In this document: positions 12,031 to 22,329 of the stretch, piece by piece | How the letters are laid out: each line of letters opens with the position of its first letter | Numbering within the stretch: position 1 is the first letter of the stretch | Assembly (NCBI GenBank): GCA_011109175.1 | Contig: RDEW01000023.1 | Span: 469,225-533,224 of the forward strand | From: Dicyema japonicum | Lineage: Eukaryota > Animalia > Dicyemida | Reading direction: 5' to 3' | Length of the DNA stretch: 64,000 nt | The notes under the pieces: model-generated | Databases searched by the model: none | What the model was told of the DNA's origin: nothing | The model's input: only the letters and a program-made list of their open reading frames with translations | Translations under genes and position numbers: made by a program

Positions 12031-13256
12031 GGTTGTAGGAAAAAAAGTCAAGTGGAAAAAAGGTCAAGCGGAAAAAAAAAGTCAAGTCCGTAAGCGGAAA
12101 AAAAGTCAAGTTGTCTTTTTTAGTTTATATCGCATTTTTGTGATACTACTAGCATCTTTTAATTTTTAAAAATTTTTTCAATACTTGACTTTTTTTTCCG
12201 CTTGACTTTTTTTCCATTTTTGAAAATTTTTCCCTTATAAATTTTCGAAATTTAGCGCAAAACGGAAAAAAAGTCAAGTCCGTTAACGAAATTACGGACT
12301 TCTATGATTATCATAAATTAAAAATGGTTCTTCTATGATTATCATAAATTAAAAAATTTTCTGAATCTGGACCAAGAGTTAAAGATAAAGACGATGGAAT
12401 ATCTCCGAGATCGAAAATATTTTTTGGAATATGTAGAGACAAGCGTTGATTCCTTAGTCTTCGCTTGAAAGAATCTGCAGAAAGGAGAATAATTCTGGTT
12501 GCTGTTTCACATTGAGACACAACCTTTGAATAGATTTGTAAGGGATTTTCTTGACTCGTTTTAGCAATAAGTTTTGCTTCGTTGCACAATTTCATCAGTT
12601 TTATTTGACTTTCGTCAAATTCGTGATTGTGAGAAATTCCTTCTTTGGGAAATTCAACTTAAAATCCGTATATTGATTAAGTCAAAAAGATTAAACCAAA
12701 GCGAAAAAAGTTAAGTCAATTTTATTATATTAGGAATCCTTGGCCCCAAGCAGATGAGTTGGTTCGTAAGATCGGTTCCATGATTCAAGCTGTGATTAAG
12801 GATCTGCGAGAGACTATTTGGTTCCGAGAACGTATTTCGTTGGCTATTGTTAAGGGAAATAGCATGGCCATTCAGATGCCTTAATTTAATTTTTATTCAT
12901 TTGATAATAAAAAAAAAAATTTTATTATTACCTTGAAATTCTTAAATTGATTTAGTCAAAGCGATTATACCAAAGCGGAAAAAAAGTCAAGTCCGTAATT
13001 TCGTTAGCGGACTTGACTTTTTTTCCATTTTGCGCTAAATTTCGAAAATTTATAAGGGAAAAATTTTCAAAAATAGAAAAAAAGTCAGCGGAAAAAAAGT
13101 CAAGTATTGAAAAAATTTTTAAAAATTAAAAGATGCTAGTAATATCACAAAAATGCTATATAAACTAAAAAAAAGACGACTTGACTTTTTTTCCGCTTGA
13201 CTTTTTTTCCCCTTACGGACTTGACTTTTTTTCCGCTTGACCTTTTTTCCGCACTC
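12031..13256 (-). mobile_element. Internally deleted Mutator (MULE)-like DNA transposon with ~290-bp repeat-rich TIRs and 9-bp TSD
   Basis: Long inverted arms built from AAAAAAGTCAAG units. TSD CCATCGAGC / CTATCGAGC. The internal minus-strand fragment HNHEFD...DIPSSLSLTLGPDSENFLIYDN resembles the N-terminus of FLYWCH-MULE transposases. Confidence 0.7.
12735..12885 (+). mobile_element. 3' fragment of a CRE-type RT-RLE element nested in the MULE
   Basis: LGPQADELVRKIG...WFRERISLAIVKGNSMAI, typical of a REL-domain C-terminus, followed by an AT tail. Confidence 0.6.
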
Positions 13257-15320
13257 CTATCGAGCCCTGGAACTATTAGCCTATATCTTCAATTTATCCA
13301 TTAACACAAATACAATCCCTGAAATATGGAAGAAGTCTCTAATCAGACCTATCAGAAAACCCAACAAACCAATAGATGAACCATCGCCTTATATCTATTC
13401 TAAGTCTTATTCTAAGTCCTGTCTCAAGGATCTTTGAAAGGCTTGTCTTTGAAAAAATACAAGACTCAATCTTAATACCTCCGACCCAGCACGGATTCCG
13501 GGATAACCATTCGTCCACAACACACCTTACAACCCTCACACGATTCATTGCGGTAGAATTTAACTTTTTCAAACCTCATCAGAGGACAGTACTTATATCC
13601 GTGGACATCACAAAAGCGTTCGACTTAGTCTCTAGGAAACTCCTAACAAAGAAAATATTTGAAACCAACATCCATCCGAACCTGAAACTTTGGCTTGTAA
13701 ACTTCCTAAATGGAAGACGAGCACAAGTACTATGCAACAACATCAAATCAAGATCTCGCTATTTCCCAAATGGAGTCCTTCAAGACTTTCTACTATTACT
13801 TCAACTCTTCAATCTCTACATAAACGACATGCCACAAATCTGTAATGAAAACTGTCTAATCCTCTCCTATGCTGACGATATCATTCTTGCCTCCAAGGAC
13901 AGAAGCATTTAATCAGCGACTCAGTCCGCTCAACAAATGCTTGAAAAGCTGGAACTATGGCTATCGAAGCGGAGACTCGACACATCAGCTGTTTTCCACT
14001 TACAAAAGACAGCTCTGTATCGAACCAAAAATCTTTATGAAGAACGAGGCTATTCCTATTAACAAAACACCGATATCTACAATCATACAAAAATTTTGAA
14101 CCGATGCCATGTCCAATGAGAAGAGCTGTTCAGGATTCTCGACCCGGCCGGACTCGTCCTCTCCTTTGTCGGTCTGGGATCACTTAGTTAGATGAGAACT
14201 TTTCTTTCTCTCTTTTGACCAAGTGATCCTGGGGGTAATAATAATAATGTTTGCATTATTAACTAAAATTCCATCAGACTCAAATTCGTTAAAAATTTGT
14301 TCAAAATTATTGAAATAATATTTGCTTCGAACCAGCTTTCCTAATAATACATAGTGATACTCAAATTCGGTGTATATCCTATATCTTTAGACAAATTACG
14401 ACCTGTTCGTTTTTTAACTGTAGCATCTTTAATGCTTATACGTAGAATAATATTATGTAAGAAATAAGAGAATATCACATAGACTATTGTACATCACAAT
14501 TAGTGTTTACCAACTATATACAGTCCGACCTCGATTTGGAACGGACCTCGGGGCTGGAACACCTCAGTTTTTGGACTTGTGTGGGGTCGAGATAGGAGCA
14601 TCGGGCCAAGATGAAGTGCCTAGAGCGTGCTGGGATCACGTGCTTAGTTAGTTTGTGTAAACGTGGTCTCTTGTGTGATTATTAATATGTGCACAGACCT
14701 CTCTCATATACATTTTCCAGTCTACTGTTGTCGTCAATACCAAGATAGCTTTTGACAATTCTTCTGGTCACAATCTTAGAGCTCCGCATAAAAATAAAAC
14801 GAATGCCATCAATATCCACTCGAGATTTCTATAACCATTGTACCTAAGATATTTAACCACGAATAATACCAGATCGTATCCTAATACTTGTCCTACATGT
14901 TCGAACAAGACCACTTTATGATCTAAACACCATAGAATCTCCTTTTTACATTATGATCTAAATACCATAGAATGTAGTTTTATTTATTTTATTTTAAAAC
15001 TAAGAATCACCGAAAAATCTTTATGAAGAACGAGGTATTTAACCGAAAAATGTAGTTTTATTTATTTTAAACTAATCGTTGTCGTCTAGTGATCTCGGCC
15101 TCCTTAACCATCCATCTTACCTTTGCTCGGTGTTTGTCCGAGATCCGACATACTTCCTATATGCACGAGTTACTTTTGGAAACTTTGAAGGTGTCAATAA
15201 TACTTCATAATTTCAATTTCAAGAAAAATCTAAAACGATTCATTTTTAAATTTACAGAAAATTTAAAAAGTTATGAAATTTAAAATTATTTAAAATAATT
15301 TGATTCACAATACGTGAACT

Positions 15321-15779
15321 ATGGTTGTTGGGGCCTTTCCTCTTTTCAAATTAGGAGCTTTATTTTTCAAGCAATTAAGCAAACCACTTGTCGCTCAAAT
15401 CAAGCATAGAGCAGTAAAGAGTTCTTTTTTTCGGAGATACATTTGTCTTCCTCCCGCGAGAATATATAACTGGGCAGAGACGACGGTCAAAAGTCGGTTT
15501 TACGGAATGGGGGCTGCCAAAAGCATTCCAAAGATGACAGACGAGATGGCCATTCAGTTGGGCTCAGAGATATTTGGAGAGACTTTAATGTTGTTACTGG
15601 CCTCGGGAATTCTCTTATTTGAATACAACCGGACCAATAGAATTTCTCGAGCGAAAGCTGAGGCTGAGAAAAACGAACACGACGCAATGAAGGATGATAT
15701 TGCTTACATAAAGTTGCAATTCGAAAAACTTAAAAGTGAATTAGAAAAAAATAACAAATGTCAACATTTTAACAAATAA
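15321..15779 (+). CDS. OPA3: Optic atrophy 3 homolog (mitochondrial), intronless
   Basis: MVVGAFPLFKLGALFFKQLSKPL...FFRRYICLPPA.IYNW and AIQLGSEIFGE motifs, plus a C-terminal coiled coil. Confidence 0.93.
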   Translation: MVVGAFPLFKLGALFFKQLSKPLVAQIKHRAVKSSFFRRYICLPPARIYNWAETTVKSRFYGMGAAKSIPKMTDEMAIQLGSEIFGETLMLLLASGILLFEYNRTNRISRAKAEAEKNEHDAMKDDIAYIKLQFEKLKSELEKNNKCQHFNK

Positions 15780-15974
15780 ATTTTTATTTTCTTGTAATTC
15801 TAACTCAATAATAAGGAAATTTAATTCTGAATCGTTAATAGAGATAGAAAATCTGTTAGTTAAGTGATGTGAGAGACTGGGAAGACTTTGCTGTTCTGAG
15901 AGGTTTGACATCGAAAATTGGAGGGTAGAAAAGGCTGATAACCATGATCATCTAAGCGCTGTATGTATATTATT

Positions 15975-16920
15975 ATTTTAAACCCCAAGAAAGAAAATAT
16001 TAACTCATTATGTGATCCCAGCCTCAAACATCTTTCTAATTATCCTTGAATGTACCGCCAGTGATCCAATTGCATTCCCGAAGTGTCTTCTTTTATGTCT
16101 GTAGAGGAATTCTATCGGAGTGCACTTTTTTAGTGCCGATCTGAATTCCTCCGCACTGCCCTCTCTCTGAATTGGTTTCCTAGCTCCTTGCACATACGTA
16201 GGAAGCCCTGACCATTTCTTACCGTCACCTCCTCTGAAAGGAGACTGGGGATGGATATGATATCTGATTGCATATGCCGCATGATCTTCCGCCTTAGAGA
16301 GTTCATAAGCTAGACCCTTGTAAAGGGAATATCGAATCTCCTAGCAGAACCGGCATTTTCAGCCGTCGGCACAATGACTTGAAGATATAATTTGCTGATA
16401 CAAGCAGTAGCTGGGAAGGGGCACTTGTTTATGATGACTTTTAAGACGTTCCATTTTCGAAGATCCTTGATAAACACTTCCTTTGTGTGACTGGAGAACG
16501 TCATAAGAGAGTAGAATGTCACTTCAGGGATCTTCTGGATTCGCGTATAAAGAATAGGAATGTTTCCGAGGAATATCTCAAGTCACCTTTAAATCTTTTG
16601 TCCGTAGTAAATAGGATGAACTGAGACTTGGATGCAGACACAGACAGCAAGATAGCCAGTCACACACCTAGTTGAGGTGTGACTGAACCACCCCCACAGC
16701 CCTGGAAGGAGATTTGTCCCTGCAGCAATAATCAGGTCGTTTCTATAAGATAAAAACATCGTTTTCTGATCTTGGATAGTAGGTAAGTAAGTGCGTCTTC
16801 ATGTTGAACATAGTTTTCTGATCTTGGATAGTAGGTAAGTGCGTCTTCCGTCTGTGATGAACTAGGAGACAGATCCCAAATGTGTCGTTGTCGAACGGCC
16901 TGATCTGAAGCCATGTTGAA
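15975..16920 (-). mobile_element. 3' part of an APE-RT LINE (same family as 58200-58940)
   Basis: RT C-terminal region (LRKWNVLK, PFPATACISKLYLQVIVP) and terminal GGCTGGGATCAC...GGGGTTTAAAATAATAA. Confidence 0.7.
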
Positions 16921-17269
16921 AATCAGGAAATTGTAGAACAGGGGAGATTAACATTAGTACAAGCTTCTCCAACACTATTGACAGGGCGGTAAGAGGATGG
17001 AATGTCTTTTGATTTTCCAGGCTTGATGATTGGAGTAATCAATGAGTTCTTCCATATGTTTGGTATTGTATGGGAATTTATAGAATAGTTGTAATTTTGA
17101 CTTTTTTCAAATATAGATCATCTTGTAAATCCACCAAATTGAATGGTCTTTTAATAAAACTTAAAATTAATTATAATATTAATATCTACAGTTATTATGG
17201 GGGCGAAATTTTTTTCATAGGGGAGATACAAAAAATAAGTGGAGAAATGCCGGTATAGATAAAAAAAGA

Positions 17270-18100
17270 AAGCAGCTATTGTGGCATCATCCAAGTACTA
17301 CAAGTTGAATTGGAACTGACCAAGACATCTAGAGAGGGATTTTCAGAAGGCAAATGGAGATATCGGGGAAGGTGTTCGATTAGTCTGTATGTATGTGTTG
17401 GAACTAGTCATTTAGGACGGTGAGGCATTCTATCTCCGATGAGGCATACTCCCCTTATTGATCTAGTTTCCCATAGCAGACCATAGAGGATTCCTGGCAT
17501 TAAAGTCCCATCAAACTATTATGTCCTTTAGGGACGAGATCCAAGAGAGGTCAGGTTGGTATTTTTTGGAGCAACTTAGAGGAAAGGGATATATAGCTTG
17601 ATGATTGTGTACGCCTCTTGTTGATTGTTATCAGCATCTAGATGACCTCCAAGTGAGCATCTGATAGAAATGTGAGGTTACGGTTACGTTACTAGGTTTC
17701 GGTTGAGGTTTCGGTTAAGGTGATACTGTCACCAAGTAGTGTGATAACCCCTCCTTCATTCGTTGCTCAAGACGGTCCATGAGAATACATAATTATCCCT
17801 TGAATCGATATGTGAACGTGAAAATTGAATTTCCTGTATTCCATCAGCCCCTCTCGTTTTCGCAAATCTCATTAATGTTTAGTTACAGAAGTATTATGCA
17901 TTTCGATGAAACCGGATTAGATTCGATGTCTCCAGAGAGGGCAAGAAAGTCGTGGAAGGAGCTGAGTGCTCCTTTGAGAACAGCCAAAAGTATCCCATTA
18001 AAGAGAAGATCCCATGATGAAGAAATTGTGGATCCTTAAGTTGTGTAAAATATAAAATTCGAATTTCCGTTCGATGAGGTGATCCGCATCGAAATTTACG
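17270..18100 (-). mobile_element. 5' part of an Ingi/Vingi-like LINE with a 2A-like motif before the APE
   Basis: Minus frame LALSGDIESNPVSSKCIILL*LNINEI runs into APE motifs (DRL...GGVITLL). Confidence 0.7.
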
Positions 18101-18225
18101 ACAACAGTCTATAATCTCCCTTAAAGTGAAGAGATTTTATTAGTTCTGAATTATTTTTATTAATAATGTTTGTTTAATTTTTATATAATATTTAATTATA
18201 TTGAAAAGTTAAATAATACCGCCAA

Positions 18226-21200
18226 ATGGAAGATTCCTACTGGGCAGAATTATACGAATCTGCTTTTGAATCATTTGATGAAGTAAATGATCATTTTGAT
18301 GGACTTGACTACGAAGCTTGCAAAAGATGGATATATCCACTGAATGGAGAATGGAGAGATTACCAATTCAATATGGTTTCCAAAGCTCTCTTCAAAAATA
18401 CTTTAATCTCCCTTCCAACCGGACTCGGGAAAACCTTTATAGCCAATGTCGTCATGTATAACTTTTACAATTGGTATCCTACTGGGAAAGTAATTTTCAT
18501 GGCACATACGAGACCACTTGTTAAACAACAAGCTCAGGCATTATTTTCTGTCTTTGACATTCCACTTACCCAGGTGGTTGAGTTAACTGGTTTTTCTATT
18601 CTAATCTTATAACAGGGACAAAGACTGTGTCTCTAAGAAAGGAAGATTGGGACACAAAAAGAATCTTTTTCATAACTCCTCAAGTTCTTGTTAACGACAT
18701 GGTGCGGTATCCTAATATTGCACCTACTATTAAGTGTGTGGTGGTAGACGAGGCCCATAAGGCTTTGGGGAACCACGCGTACTGTCAAGTGATTATATTT
18801 GTGATTGTAGGTAGTGAGGCAGCTGCGAAATAGTGGGTGCCAGTTTAGAGTATTAGGACTTTCAGCCAGTCCTGGGACTTCCGTTAAAGTATTTGGACTT
18901 GTGACTTTAGACAATTCAACAAATCGTGGACAATCTCTTAATAAGTCATATTGAGTTGAGGACCGAGCAATCTCTGGACACACGTGACTACTCTCACGGG
19001 AGGAGCCTTGAAAAGATAACAGTTAGTCTTTCAGGACATCCAATCGAGGGAATATCAGAGAAACTACTCTTAGTGAGCTGTTTGGTAATTTTCAGTAGAA
19101 TATGCATTCAGTTGCCAACAGACTCTACCAGAATAATCTCATCCGTCGTTTTTTTCCTAATTCAGTATCGAAATACTACGTTATAAAGGCCAGGGACGAA
19201 TTTCGTAGATCAAACCAATACGTGCCTATATCTGTTCACATGTAGAGTACTCTGTCCTCCCTTGAGTCTGATTTTGCACTTTTGATAAGCCTTAGTCACG
19301 CTTATGAGTTGTTGGTTGTTCATGGAATATATTCCTTCAAGAAATTCGTTAAATCTAAAAATCTGAGGGGTATTGACTGCGGATTGGAGTAACATGTGGT
19401 CTAATTTCAGGGCAGGACATCCAAAACAGGAGAAAGTCATCGAGATTCTACGAGATCATTTTAGTGCGTGCATTGATCTCACTAAAGCGATTGTATTCTC
19501 TCAATACAGGGATTCTGTTGAAGAATTGACCATGTTGTTGCAGAGTACTGAGATTGAAGGGGTGCGAGCACGTGGTTTTATGGGACAGAAGGCAAAGGGT
19601 ACCTCTAAAGTGACTCAGAAAGACCAATTAGAGGTGGTTTGCCCCTCATTGGTAGGTAATGGAGTCATTCAGACGTGGTGATTGTAACACATTGGTGTCC
19701 ACATGCGTTGGAGAAGAGGGAATCGATGTGGGGTCAGTCGATTTAATAATATGTTATGATGCTACAAAGTCACCTATTCGATTTATTCAACGAATTGGGA
19801 GAGCTGGTCGAAAGAGGCCTGCTAGAGTGTACATGCTAGTAACAGAGGGAAGAGAGGAATCTGTAGTAGTTTATTAACTATGTGTAGATGTACTACAACT
19901 GTATCGAGAAGAAAAAGGCGGTCACAAATGCCATTGTGGACCATTCAAAGAGTCTGAAGTTTAAGGATTCTCCTCGAATGATTCCATCTGACATTACCCC
20001 TACGGTTGTGAAGGTAAACATTGAGCCAGTCTTATCTGTAAACTACAAAATAGCAGATGATCTTGTTAAATGTGACAAATACACTCAATTGGAGGGTGTT
20101 TTTGACAGAATGTGTGTGATTAATGACAGTGTAAGGGGGTTTTATATGTCAGAGGTGTGCTAGACGAGTGCTACATTTTGCTGACGGGAGTGCAAATGTA
20201 TTGTGGACTGTTGGGAGGACTCAGTCGTTTATGACTGGAAGATATATTGTGATGAGGAATGAGTTGAGTGTTATGGATTCTACTTGTTTGACTGAGTCGT
20301 TTGAGCCCACGAAAAGGAGAGCTCTGAAGATTTTCAGTGATGATGATGACTTTGCAGGTTGTGGAGAGGTCTTGGCTAAGGCTATGAACAAAATATCTTC
20401 ATCTCCCATATTAGTACCGCAGCATAATAATAATGCGGATGAAAGTATGACTAATATCCTTTCATCCCCCGCATTGGTTCAAGAACAGAATTCTCAAGGG
20501 ACTGAAAGTATGACCAAGATTTCATCATCCCCAATATTACTATCGCATAAGAATGCCTTAGTTGATGGAAATATAGCTGTAAGCATGACCAAGATCTCAC
20601 CATCTCCAATATTACTATCACAAAAGAATTCTTTAGTTGATGAAAATATAAATCAAATATCAAGTCCTTCTCTTTTTTCTCGTAAAAATGTAATTATTGT
20701 ATTATAAACAAGTACTCGTCGCTACAAAACGCTTCTCCATTGGGGCACACGTGTCATGAAAGATTGGTAACTGTGTCCCCTGCTAAGTCTTCTTCATCTG
20801 ATATCTTTGATGACGTATGTTTCGACCTTGGTTATTCAATGTCCCCTGTCCTACAGTCTACTCCTATTCATGTATGAACATTGACTGACATTAGAACTAC
20901 TGTGAGACTACAGATTTGGTGGATAAGAAAAGTAAGAATTATGAAGAAAACAGATTCATTGATGACGCTTCGTTCCCACGTGATGTTACTCCTGTATGAA
21001 CATTGACTTACATTAGAATTACTGTGAGACTGTAGAGTTGGTGGATAAGGGAAGTAAGAATTATGAAGAGAACAGTTTCATTGATGACGCTTCGTTACAA
21101 GGTTGATGTTATTTAATGATCAAAGTGAACTGGGAAGATCTGTGTGACATGAATTTGTTTCATATGGAGAATATTAGACGAGTGGAGGATGAGGAATACG

Positions 21201-22201
21201 AGCGTGTCTTCAATAATATGAATAAACGTAAGCCACATGGGGTGGAGTACTCACAAATGCCGATCCAGGATGATGACTACGACTATGACAGTTTTTTAGT
21301 CCCAGATTCTGAATCTTCTGAGGAAGTGGTTCTCCCTCCAAAGAAAAGGAGGGCAATGATTCAGTCCTCAGAGAGTGAGGAAGTTGAATTGGCGACTTCT
21401 ATACACCAGAACGAGGCGGTCCTCAATCAAACAGGACATGTGATATATGGAGATTGCGGGAAGATTGCCCAACTTACGGTATTCTTATATGCCAATTTCA
21501 GGAATTAATAGGGATTCTTCGGTTCCGATTCGACTTTGATGTTCATTTGTGTAACCATTTGGGTTGCCATTTTGCACTTTCATTAGATGTATCGGTTTTG
21601 GTGATTAATATAGACTTTGGTGATTTTGGTATTAATTGTAGAATGTACTAAATTGAGGAAGAAACTCACGAGTAGTTTCGTGGGTGGTTTAATAAAGGAT
21701 GTGGAAAGGATAAGTGATCTGTATGAGATAGTATGGATTATTGTGGAGACGACTGGGACTCAGACTGTTAGGTTGCGAGCCTTTCATAGAATGCTGGCGA
21801 GTCTCGTTATTTGGCGGGCAAATGTTGTACATTCTGACAGTCCACGTATTATTTATTGTGATATTTTAGTTTCTACGGCAGAATGGATTAATCGAATTTA
21901 CAGATCACTCAACGTTGAGCCCACGTGTGTGATAAAGTTGGCACCTAAAACCGAGAATGTTCGTAGTTTGTTAATTTGTAGATAATAAAGGCCATTTCTG
22001 CAGTAAATGTTATAAACACGCCATCTCTGATCAGAATATTGAGTCGGTTTAGAGTTAGAGACATTATGGAGAGGTGCATATAGTATTAATCGTAGTGATT
22101 TGTCGATTGTTTCGTGTTTGACTAAAGTGCCTGTTTGGAGGCTTGAGAAGTTGAGATGTTTGCTTTGCTATAAAATAATGAAAGAGATGACTCCTTTTTG
22201 A
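18226..22201 (+). CDS. FANCM: FANCM/Mph1 DEAH helicase with C-terminal ERCC4-like region, many 22-26 nt introns
   Basis: WIYP..RDYQFNMV..AL..NTL.SLPTGLGKTFIA.VVMYNFYNWYP.GK, VVVDEAHKA, TCVGEEGIDVGSVDLIICYD..KSPIRFIQR.GR.GRKR and acidic DYDYDSFLV motifs. The exon structure of the C-terminal half is less certain. Confidence 0.92.
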
Positions 22202-22329
22202 ATTATGTGAATTGTTAAATTTATTTCAGACATAGCTGTCTTTAGTGGGTCTTCTGTTTTAATGTAGTAGGAGGCTATATTGTTTGTATAGTTTAATACG
22301 TTTGATAGTGGATAGTGATTTTAATATCG

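Larger units (their letters stand above)
10840..14080 (+). mobile_element. Ingi/Vingi-like single-ORF LINE (2A-like, APE, RT), decayed and split by a MULE insertion
   Basis: GDVEANP(G)P, then QLNIIGIK..LLLIQESKL, GDFNAKH, SVDITKAFD and YADD. The coding frame resumes across the insertion (ELKHLRHRA|LELLAYIFN). Confidence 0.85.

Noticed and set aside
17675-17721. Telomere-like GGTT repeats
   Set aside because: Short and irregular, embedded in a LINE relic, with no fixed period.
17779-18039. 86-aa plus-strand ORF as a novel gene upstream of FANCM
   Set aside because: It is the antisense of the LINE 2A/APE start on the minus strand.
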